Virus record (IMG/VR): IMGVR_UViG_3300032401_001514
Coordinates: 1 to 64,000 of that record
Length of the DNA stretch: 64,000 nt
DNA from: a virus
Strand: one strand, 5' to 3'
Under the pieces are notes generated by a model. The model made no database searches. It was given only the letters and a program-made list of their open reading frames with translations, and was not told where the DNA came from. Each line of letters starts with the position of its first letter. Position 1 is the first letter of the stretch. Below are positions 56,165-64,000 of this stretch, piece after piece. A program made the position numbers and the translations under genes.

Positions 56165-56186
56165 ACCAAACGAGGCTCGATTTTTC

Positions 56187-57707
56187 TCATTTCATTTCTT
56201 TAGATTTTATTACTTTAAATCCATCTTCGCTAGAATAAATATTATAACGTAGCACAGAATGCTTCTTTAAAAATTTTACCTGATCATAAAAATCTACAAT
56301 AGCAGCAAATTTTTTATTTTTGTAAGATCTAATAACCCTTCCTATTCTTTGCAAAGCTCTAATACTACTTTTGCCGCCGCTACATAAAACAAGACCATCA
56401 AGAATAGGAATATCAACGCCCAAATCAAAAATAGTGCTTGCTAAAATAACATCAATTTTTTTGTTACTAATTAATTCTTTTACTTCGGTTCTTCTTTCTA
56501 ACGAATCTGCTCCATATAACATTTCGCACTTAATGCCATTATCTTTCATAAGATCAAATAACTTTTGCCCATGTTTAATTTGTTTAAATAATACTAATGG
56601 AGTATAACCCTTCTCTAACAATTCTTTAACATTTTTTATTATAAGATTGTTTCTTGTGTTATTTTCTACAATGTAATTTTTGTATACAGTTTGATATGGA
56701 TCATCCGTTTTTATTTTTGGCACAGAAACAAATTTAATTATTGGTTGTGCTAAAAGCTTTTCATTTATTAATTTTGATGCGCTTATGTTAATTATTTGTT
56801 CTCCAAGAATACTGTTTATTAACAAATCTGTATTATCGTCTCTAAATGGTGTGCCGCTAAATCCATAAATATTTTCAAAATTAATAGTTTTATATATTGA
56901 TTTTATTGTATTTGTTGTTACAACATGGCTTTCGTCAAAAATATGAATTTTAGTATTTTGAAGCATTTTCAATATTTCATAAGTTTGATTTTGATCAGGT
57001 TTGGCTTCTTCTATATCATATTCATCATCTGTGATAATATCTTTTTTGTCCACTTTTAATGCAGCGCCAATTGTCCAAATGCTTGCAATATTTATCCTTT
57101 GTATATTACAAACGCCATTACCAATAAAACCAATAGGCTCATCGAATATGGATGAAAATAAATCATGAAACTGTTTTAATAAGTCAATGCCTATTACATA
57201 TATAATAGTTGGTTTATTAAATTTAGCTGTAATCATAGCTGTACATAATGTTTTTCCAGAACCAGTACAAGCCCTTATAATTCCTCTTTCGTTAGCACAA
57301 GCAGCTTCGACTATTTGTATTTGATGATTTCTTGGAGTTAAGTTTAATGACTTTAGTTTTTCATCAATATTTATACTGTTATCACTATTGTTATATTTAT
57401 CTCTATTATCTTTTTCGATAAAAACTATTTCTTTTTCATTTAAAAAACGTTTTACTTTAAAAAGCAATCCTGTATAAAAATATCCGTCATCTTTGATTAA
57501 ATATGTAATTCCGCTCCAACCATTTTTATATGCTGTTGTATATTCAACCCCAGCAATTTTATATGATAGTTCGGATTTTAATGAATTAAATAGTTTAGTA
57601 TCGCTGGTTATAAATTGACAAAATTTATTGTTGTGAATTATAATTTGGTTTTCTAAATCGTCTTGATTATTTATTACATTAATTTTTATTTTACGTTTTT
57701 TATTCAT
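56187..57707 (-). CDS. SF2 DExH helicase (UvsW-like)
   Basis: ACTGSGKT, DESH, SGTP, QRIGRVIR. Confidence 0.9.
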   Translation of the reverse strand: MNKKRKIKINVINNQDDLENQIIIHNNKFCQFITSDTKLFNSLKSELSYKIAGVEYTTAYKNGWSGITYLIKDDGYFYTGLLFKVKRFLNEKEIVFIEKDNRDKYNNSDNSINIDEKLKSLNLTPRNHQIQIVEAACANERGIIRACTGSGKTLCTAMITAKFNKPTIIYVIGIDLLKQFHDLFSSIFDEPIGFIGNGVCNIQRINIASIWTIGAALKVDKKDIITDDEYDIEEAKPDQNQTYEILKMLQNTKIHIFDESHVVTTNTIKSIYKTINFENIYGFSGTPFRDDNTDLLINSILGEQIINISASKLINEKLLAQPIIKFVSVPKIKTDDPYQTVYKNYIVENNTRNNLIIKNVKELLEKGYTPLVLFKQIKHGQKLFDLMKDNGIKCEMLYGADSLERRTEVKELISNKKIDVILASTIFDLGVDIPILDGLVLCSGGKSSIRALQRIGRVIRSYKNKKFAAIVDFYDQVKFLKKHSVLRYNIYSSEDGFKVIKSKEMK

Positions 57708-57731
57708 ATTTGTGTCGCAAACAATGACACA

Positions 57732-59135
57732 CTATTTCTTTCTAAGATCTGTTACTCCGGAACCAAACACCTTGCTGAATTTAGAACTCTTCTTTTTAAT
57801 CTGTTGACGAATACGATCTGCCTCAGATGTAGCCTTCTCTGTTCCAGTATCAAGTGTTAGATTTAGATTGCGAGTATCCGCTCTATCTTTTGCCTTTGCG
57901 GCATCAGCTTGTGCTTCAGTCTTTAATTGTTTAACTCTAATGTCGGGCAATCCTAAACCCGAGAACATAGAGTAAACCTTAACAACATCCTCTTCTATAT
58001 CCGCAGTATAAATGCCTTTGAATACAGCTTCGGCATGCCCACAAACATCACGAATTAATTCCATAGCCAAATTAACACTGCCATTTGGTATTTCGCTCCA
58101 AACTTTTTTATTGGCTACAAAAAATACCCCGGCGTATCTCGTTTGTTTCAAATCAAATCCGCTAGCAAGCAAACCTGAATCCAAGTTATCTACAACTGAT
58201 TCGGCTAGCGCCATTGATTCTTGATAGTTAGCAATAGTCATTTCTCCATAAACGGATAATCCCTCGCCATCAATAAATAATTTCGCAAACTCCATTGAGT
58301 CCAAGCTCTTAACGGCCGAAGCTTCAGAAGAAAATCTATTAAATGCGTCAATTGGTTCAACGATTGCCTGATTACTTATGTTAAAGAAATCCATTATTCC
58401 AACGTCATTATATATGGATTCAATTTTAGCATTATCCACAACAATAAGGTTACTGATAGATTTGCTTTGTGTAAGTTTGGCTAACTTAGACAATGTATGA
58501 AGGGCATTGTTTTTTGTCTGTGTATCATCTGTGCTCATAGGGAGAACAGTAATAACAGTAACTGGCTTTCCTGTAGCAGTTAATACATCAATCATTGTTT
58601 CACACGAGCCAGCTCCTGATCCTCCGCCTAAGCTGAGACACAATAGAAATACTTGCGAGTCTCCAAGCTTATCGTGAACCAATTGATTAATACCGTCGCG
58701 ATGTTTTTCGGCAGCTTCGGCTCCAATGTCAATATCTTTTGCTGCACCGCCAATGCCATGCTCTAATAAATATTTGTTATCTTCTGGAATTTTAATATGT
58801 TCTAAATCCTGAGAGGCAGTATTAAAACAAATGGAAGAATAACCTAAATTATAAAAAGACTCTGCCAATCTAGAGCCAGCCTGCCCCGTTCCTACTACAC
58901 CGAATTCAATACTTCGTTTCTTCTTCTGTATAATTTTTGGCGGCATGGCGTTTTCCTTTTGTTTGCTAGCGAGCTTTGCTCTTAGTTCTTGAAGCTTCTG
59001 TTGATCCACTTCGTCATCTTTTTGACTTACATCTTCGTTTGATATATCATCATGGATTTGCTTTTGTTCTTGTGTTATATCTTCGTTTTTTACACCACTC
59101 ATTGCTTTTTTCCTTCTGTTAATCTTAGAAACCAT
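57732..59135 (-). CDS. tubulin/FtsZ-family GTPase (PhuZ/TubZ-like)
   Basis: GVVGTGQAG, LGGGSGAG tubulin signature, VDN, LDSME; start may be 59102. Confidence 0.88.
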   Translation of the reverse strand: MVSKINRRKKAMSGVKNEDITQEQKQIHDDISNEDVSQKDDEVDQQKLQELRAKLASKQKENAMPPKIIQKKKRSIEFGVVGTGQAGSRLAESFYNLGYSSICFNTASQDLEHIKIPEDNKYLLEHGIGGAAKDIDIGAEAAEKHRDGINQLVHDKLGDSQVFLLCLSLGGGSGAGSCETMIDVLTATGKPVTVITVLPMSTDDTQTKNNALHTLSKLAKLTQSKSISNLIVVDNAKIESIYNDVGIMDFFNISNQAIVEPIDAFNRFSSEASAVKSLDSMEFAKLFIDGEGLSVYGEMTIANYQESMALAESVVDNLDSGLLASGFDLKQTRYAGVFFVANKKVWSEIPNGSVNLAMELIRDVCGHAEAVFKGIYTADIEEDVVKVYSMFSGLGLPDIRVKQLKTEAQADAAKAKDRADTRNLNLTLDTGTEKATSEADRIRQQIKKKSSKFSKVFGSGVTDLRKK

Positions 59136-60079
59136 TGATTGTTATTATACCAATCCAAAGTTTGTTTTAACCCTTGTTTAAATTTGAATTTTGGTTCCCA
59201 TCCAAGGGTTTTAAGTTTATCGTTGGTTGTTGAATATCTATAATCATGCCAAGATCTATCTTTTACAAATTTAAGCAGATTATGTCCTCGACCTAATATA
59301 TTAGCTATTTGTTGGAACATCTCTACGTTAGTAATTTCTTGCTTGGCCGAAATATTATAAACTTCATTTAACGGCGCATGTTCAATTATTTTTATTATTG
59401 CATCACAATTATCCTGAACATGAATCCAACTTCTTATCTCCATTCCTTGACCATAAATAGGAGCCTCATATCCATCCAATATATGCGAAATTATTGACGG
59501 AATTAGATTTTTATTAGACTGTCTTGGGCCATAATTATTACAAGATCTAGTAATGTTAAATGGCAGTCCATAAGTTTCATGGGCGGCTTTTACGATTAGC
59601 TCTCCAGCTGCTTTGGATGCCGAGAAAGCGTTTCGTGGATTTAATGGAGAGTCCTCTGTCCAAGATGGAGAGTCCTCACTAGTTAGCTGTCCGTATACTT
59701 CGTCAGTGCTAGTATAGATGAATCGCTCAACTCCCCAACGAACAGCGGCATCAGCCATTGTTTGTGTGCCAAGAACATTAGATGTAATAAATTTTTGAGA
59801 CTCATCTATAGAATGGTCGCTATAATTTTCAACAGCTCCATGTATAACAATATCCGGCCTTTCGACTTCAAATACTATATTAACAAAATGTTTATCAGCA
59901 GCATCACCAACATAAAATATATGGTTCTTATTGGTATATATTGTATTAAGAACGCTACTATTAGTTATTTTATCTATACTAACAATTTGGTAAGCCGAAG
60001 AATCCTTTAAAACTTTACGAATAAAGTTAGAAAAAATAAATCCTCCAGAACCTGATATTAATATTTTCTTTTTTGTCAT
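59099..60079 (-). CDS. dTDP-glucose 4,6-dehydratase (RmlB)-like, catalytic Tyr replaced
   Basis: STDEVYG, CNNYGPRQ, WIHVQD; YxxxK reads FSASK. Confidence 0.8.
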   Translation of the reverse strand: MTKKKILISGSGGFIFSNFIRKVLKDSSAYQIVSIDKITNSSVLNTIYTNKNHIFYVGDAADKHFVNIVFEVERPDIVIHGAVENYSDHSIDESQKFITSNVLGTQTMADAAVRWGVERFIYTSTDEVYGQLTSEDSPSWTEDSPLNPRNAFSASKAAGELIVKAAHETYGLPFNITRSCNNYGPRQSNKNLIPSIISHILDGYEAPIYGQGMEIRSWIHVQDNCDAIIKIIEHAPLNEVYNISAKQEITNVEMFQQIANILGRGHNLLKFVKDRSWHDYRYSTTNDKLKTLGWEPKFKFKQGLKQTLDWYNNNQWFLRLTEGKKQ

Positions 60080-60103
60080 ACATTTTTATGATTGTAAAGG
60101 TTG

Positions 60104-60940
60104 TTAATAGCAACGCTTAAACATTTGGCGTTTGGCAGCATCGCTTATTGGCCCGATAGAATTTGCTGAGCGCCCACGACCGTTAGAATCGGAAGGGAAT
60201 AGTTCATTGGCCAAGGTATCTGTAATAACACTATGAATTTCCTCTTTGCTTGGGAGCTTTATATTTTCTACATCTTCCGTTTCAAGACTCTTATAAGCAG
60301 AAGCTAATATTTTATTAACTAGTAATAGCTTTCGTTTTGCTTGCCAATACTCTTTGGTAGCATCAGCAACTAGATTCTCAAACTGCTGAACCCTTTGCAA
60401 AGCAGAGCGAGTGATGAGCCATGCAGCTAAACCGGCTGTTGCATTGCCATCATTTTCTGAACTAGTAGCACCGGCTGTTGCATTGCCATCATTTTCTGAA
60501 CTAGTAGCACCGGCTGTTGCATTGCCATCATTTTCTGAACTAGTAGCTCCATATGTATTTTGGAAAGCATCAGCTACACTTTCCGGTAATTCATATTGGT
60601 ACGGTCCTTCGAGGCCCCCGGCAAGGTCGTTGTGCCCATAGTCAAACCCAATAACCTTCTTTAATTTTCTGATGGTTTGATCGATTGTGTTACCAGATTT
60701 GGTTTTAACAAAATCAGGAACAACCGCCTTTGGTTGCGAAGTTAAATCCTGTGCTAAATTATCATAACCCAATTGTGAGGCTATTGAGCTAGCCATATTA
60801 GGCCTGGCTTCATTTACTCTGCGCACTCGTATAGTTGCTTTCTTGCCAAGCTTGCTTTTTTGAGATTTGATTTTAGATTTGGCGCGGCTTACAGACCGGG
60901 CTACGTTAACTTCGGAAGAGCTTCTTGTTTTATTTTTCAT
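60104..60940 (-). CDS. hypothetical protein with a basic N-terminus and a 13-aa repeat
   Basis: GATSSENDGNATA x3. Confidence 0.6.
   Translation of the reverse strand: MKNKTRSSSEVNVARSVSRAKSKIKSQKSKLGKKATIRVRRVNEARPNMASSIASQLGYDNLAQDLTSQPKAVVPDFVKTKSGNTIDQTIRKLKKVIGFDYGHNDLAGGLEGPYQYELPESVADAFQNTYGATSSENDGNATAGATSSENDGNATAGATSSENDGNATAGLAAWLITRSALQRVQQFENLVADATKEYWQAKRKLLLVNKILASAYKSLETEDVENIKLPSKEEIHSVITDTLANELFPSDSNGRGRSANSIGPISDAAKRQMFKRCY
60432..60548. repeat. 39-bp coding tandem repeat, 3 copies
   Basis: ccggctgttgcattgccatcattttctgaactagtagc[at]. Confidence 0.95.
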
Positions 60941-61877
60941 GATTAATCCTATTTACATACCATTGAATTGTTTTAATCAGCCCATCAGTAAAAGGAGTTT
61001 CCGCCTTCCAGTTGAGCAAATCCGCAGCCCTAGAAACGTCTAATCGTCTTTTTGGTTGTCCATCAGAAACTTCGCCAGTAAATACGATTTTGCCCTTATA
61101 GTTTGTTAGATTTGCTATTAAGTGAGCCAGGTTTTTTATAGATATATCACAACCTGTTCCAAGATTAATAGGTTCGGGATAATCTAAGCCAGTCGCTACA
61201 GCTTTGACAATTGCTTGAGCAGCATCTCCGGCATATAAGAATTCACGAGTGGCTTCGCCGGTCCCCCAGCATTCAACAGTCGGTTTATCTTCTTTAACGG
61301 CAGAACAAAATTTATTAATTAAAGCTGGTATAACATGGCTGTTTTCTAAATCTGTATTATCATGCGGGCCGTACATATTTACAGGAACTAAATGAGCGCC
61401 TTTTAATCCATATTGTTTGCGATATTCCTTCTGTAACATAAACAACATTTTTTTCGATAAACCATATCCGGAATTAGTTTTTTCTGGAAAACCGTTCCAA
61501 AAATCATCTTCTTTAAATGGGACTGGACAATTTTCTGGATATGAACACACGCTTCCTAAAGTATAAACATATTCTGGTGTATATTTAAAAATGGCATCAA
61601 ATAAATTGATTGCCATTTTTAAATTAACATGTGTTAAATCGGCCGAGCATTTTTTATTTAAACCAATTCCTCCACAATAAGCAGCCATATGTAAAACAAC
61701 ATCTGGCCTATTTTTATCGAAATAATCTATGACAGAACTTTGATTGGTCAAATCAAGCTGGCTACTACTCGGAGTTAATATAGAACTTGAATTAGTGCCG
61801 AATGATTTGTTTGCATATATTGTGTGCATCACATGTTTGCCCAAGAAGCCATTTGCTCCTGTTATTAATAATTTCAT
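60930..61877 (-). CDS. fcl: GDP-L-fucose synthase
   Basis: AAYCGGI, GSVCSYP, YGLSK, NMYGPHD, SHVIPAL, WGTGEATREFLY. Confidence 0.9.
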   Translation of the reverse strand: MKLLITGANGFLGKHVMHTIYANKSFGTNSSSILTPSSSQLDLTNQSSVIDYFDKNRPDVVLHMAAYCGGIGLNKKCSADLTHVNLKMAINLFDAIFKYTPEYVYTLGSVCSYPENCPVPFKEDDFWNGFPEKTNSGYGLSKKMLFMLQKEYRKQYGLKGAHLVPVNMYGPHDNTDLENSHVIPALINKFCSAVKEDKPTVECWGTGEATREFLYAGDAAQAIVKAVATGLDYPEPINLGTGCDISIKNLAHLIANLTNYKGKIVFTGEVSDGQPKRRLDVSRAADLLNWKAETPFTDGLIKTIQWYVNRINHEK

Positions 61878-62872
61878 TTACTTTCCTTTATTAATTTTTC
61901 TTCTTGGGCTAATTTAAGATCTTCTGTAACCATTTCATCAATCAATTGTTCAAAAGAATATTTTGGTGTCCAGCCAAGTTCTGTTCTTAGTTTTGTAGAA
62001 TCGCCTTGTAGAGAATCAACCTCTGCTGGACGAAGATATTTTGAATCAAACTCAATGTATTTATTTGGATCAAGATCTAATTTTGCGAACGCCAGATCAA
62101 CAAAGTCTCTAACGGAATATTGAGTCCCGGTTGAAACAACATAATCATCTGATTTTTCGGCGGTTGCGATCAAATATACTGCATTAGCCGTATCTTTTGC
62201 GTGACCCCAGTCTCGTCTTGCGTCTAAATTACCAAGGTAAAGTTTATGCTGTAGACCCAGCTTTATTCTGGTAGCAGCGCGAGTGATTTTTCTGGTAACA
62301 AATGTTTCCCCTCTTTTTGGACTTTCGTAATTAAACATAATGATATTTGAAGCAAATAAATTATATGATTCTCTATAGTTAACAGTTGCATAATAACCTG
62401 CAACCTTAGCGACTCCATATGGGCTTCTTGGTCTAAATTTTGTTTCTTCGTTTTGCGGAGGAAGAGTTGAGCCAAACATTTCTGATGACGAACATTGAAC
62501 AAATCTTGTATTTGGGCTGTATTTACGAATAGCTTCAAGGCATCTGATTACACCAGTTCCTGTGATATCCATTGTGTATTCGGGTATATCGAATGAAACA
62601 CGGACATGAGATTGCGCCCCAGCATTAATAAAGATATCTGGTTTTATACTTGAAACAAAATTAATAATAGATGTAGCGTCAGATAAATCACCATATACTA
62701 ATTCTAATTTGTTATCTATATGAGGATCTATATAGAGATGATCTATTCGTTCTGTGTTTAAAGTAGAGCTGCGCCTTTTAAGACCATATATTTTATAGTT
62801 TTTTTCTAGAAATAACTCGGCTAAATAAGAACCTAGTTGGCCATTTATACCTGTGATACAAACTGTTTTCAT
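61874..62872 (-). CDS. gmd: GDP-mannose 4,6-dehydratase
   Basis: ITGINGQLGSYL, AQSHVRVSF, SPYGVAK, FVTRKIT, GNLDARRDWG. Confidence 0.93.
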   Translation of the reverse strand: MKTVCITGINGQLGSYLAELFLEKNYKIYGLKRRSSTLNTERIDHLYIDPHIDNKLELVYGDLSDATSIINFVSSIKPDIFINAGAQSHVRVSFDIPEYTMDITGTGVIRCLEAIRKYSPNTRFVQCSSSEMFGSTLPPQNEETKFRPRSPYGVAKVAGYYATVNYRESYNLFASNIIMFNYESPKRGETFVTRKITRAATRIKLGLQHKLYLGNLDARRDWGHAKDTANAVYLIATAEKSDDYVVSTGTQYSVRDFVDLAFAKLDLDPNKYIEFDSKYLRPAEVDSLQGDSTKLRTELGWTPKYSFEQLIDEMVTEDLKLAQEEKLIKESK

Positions 62873-63123
62873 GTTTTTCCGTACATTTTAGTTGAGCCTT
62901 GTTTATATAGCTTTTGTAATTCACCTGTTTTTATAAGATGATTAATTTTCTCATCAATTTCTTGAATCAAATCATTTCTTTGTTGATTAGCTATATTTGT
63001 TATTTGGGTTGCTTTCGCCATCTCTTCATTAGATACGTCTTCTTTTCTTTTAATATCTTCTGCCATCCATATGCGTAAGTTCACCACGGTAAGCTTATCT
63101 ATTAAATTACCTATTGTTTCCAT
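62869..63123 (-). CDS. small coiled-coil protein of phage sugar clusters
   Basis: TIGNLIDKL...W..ED...N.QRN.LI.EID. Confidence 0.65.
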   Translation of the reverse strand: METIGNLIDKLTVVNLRIWMAEDIKRKEDVSNEEMAKATQITNIANQQRNDLIQEIDEKINHLIKTGELQKLYKQGSTKMYGKT

Positions 63124-63908
63124 ATGTTTCCATTTTCTTTTATATCACCAATGGTATCAGATAATAAATTATCATAAGAATATTTCCATTCTACATCAGC
63201 CATAATTAATTTTTGTTTATCTTGCGCTTTATTGCTTTTTTCATTTACAAAATAATTAAAATCTAATTCATTTAATTTATAAAGATCTTTAATAAAATCT
63301 CCAACATGAAATAATCTACCAGCACCAACAACGCAATCATTATTTTTTTCTATACTCTTTGTAACTAAAAATTTAGTATGTATCATGTCTCGATAAAAAT
63401 CTAAATTTCCTACATTTATTTTTGTTTTATTAATAATTGAATTAAAAATTTTACCAAACAAAAAACATTCATTTCTATATACAGAATTAAAATAAAAAGG
63501 ATGTATAAGAACAACCTTATAATATGTATCATCTATCAATCTTCGTTCTTTTATTTTATTTAAAAGCAATAATTTTGATATGGCATATTCATTATTTATG
63601 TTAAAATAAGGATTGGAATTTAAAGATATATGCCCAGATAATTTGTTCCAAAGTTCACAGCTAGTATAGCATACTATTTTATTTGAATTTTTTAATAATG
63701 CCTCAATAATATTTAGCGTATAAATATAATTAGGCGTAATATAATCTATATTTGTTTCATAAATTCTTTGTTCAGCAAAGGTAATATAAACTGATTCCCA
63801 TATGTTATTTTTTAAATAATCAAAATCAATATTTCTTGAGGATATTTTCGTGAATCCTTCATTTGGAAAATATTTTGAAAGCTGAGAATTACCTATTACC
63901 AAATGCAT
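63111..63908 (-). CDS. divergent NAD-dependent epimerase/dehydratase (SDR)
   Basis: YAISK motif, LDFYRDMIH; Rossmann glycines weak. Confidence 0.6.
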   Translation of the reverse strand: MHLVIGNSQLSKYFPNEGFTKISSRNIDFDYLKNNIWESVYITFAEQRIYETNIDYITPNYIYTLNIIEALLKNSNKIVCYTSCELWNKLSGHISLNSNPYFNINNEYAISKLLLLNKIKERRLIDDTYYKVVLIHPFYFNSVYRNECFLFGKIFNSIINKTKINVGNLDFYRDMIHTKFLVTKSIEKNNDCVVGAGRLFHVGDFIKDLYKLNELDFNYFVNEKSNKAQDKQKLIMADVEWKYSYDNLLSDTIGDIKENGNIWKQ

Positions 63909-64000
63909 ATGAGCTATCTATAACCTCGAATTTAGGACATGGAACAATAAATTTCCCACCATTAGCCAAGTACTCTTTTTCTCTATCGCAAAATTCGTTA
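63889..64000 (-). CDS. C-terminal end of a probable NDP-sugar C-methyltransferase (partial)
   Basis: Manual translation NEFCDREKEYLANGGKFIVPCPKFEVI resembles C-methyltransferase C-termini. Confidence 0.55.
   Translation of the reverse strand, partial: NEFCDREKEYLANGGKFIVPCPKFEVIDSSYAFGNR

Noticed and set aside
30358-59135. Eukaryotic giant-virus origin suggested by PARP and tubulin
   Set aside because: Sigma70-type promoters, SD sites, bacterial EF-Ts/IF-1/sigma/DnaB genes and operon coupling indicate a bacteriophage.
57732-59135. Calling this a nucleus-forming phage
   Set aside because: A tubulin homologue alone is not sufficient; no chimallin-like gene is recognisable in the window.
1-64000. 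Stop-codon reassignment
   Set aside because: Conserved enzymes are full length under code 11, TAA/TAG/TGA all act as stops, and no suppressor anticodon was found.

Overview
This window is a 64 kb slice of an AT-rich (roughly 30% GC by eye), gene-dense jumbo/huge bacteriophage genome using the standard genetic code. 1-17 kb is a mostly plus-strand block with about 18 tRNA or tRNA-like genes interleaved with accessory CDSs: SLOG, aminotransferase, HNHs, 2H phosphoesterase, EF-Ts, RNA ligase, glucosaminidase-like protein and a metalloprotease. 17-64 kb is almost all minus strand. It holds IF-1, a pncB/ADP-ribosylglycohydrolase/NadE-like operon, a CCA-adding enzyme, ThyX, IMPDH, a WGR-PARP, two LAGLIDADG endonucleases, glycosyltransferases, two Gly-rich fibre genes, MetAP, class II RNR, a sigma factor, DnaB/DnaC-like genes, an SF2 helicase, a tubulin/FtsZ homologue and a GDP-fucose/NDP-sugar cluster. 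Two exported proteins look myxobacterial (a CglF/GltF-like protein and a Gly/Cys-rich lipoprotein), suggesting a Myxococcota host (inference). The most striking signals are in RNA. One is an isolated 75-nt perfect cloverleaf at 22384-22458 (-) with a compensatorily rewired D/T-loop elbow and no usable anticodon loop. The others are two tRNAs (Ile UAU, Arg UCU) sharing a rewired fold with no D-arm and a D-loop-like GG segment placed after the anticodon arm. Family calls come from motif recognition only; no database searches were run.
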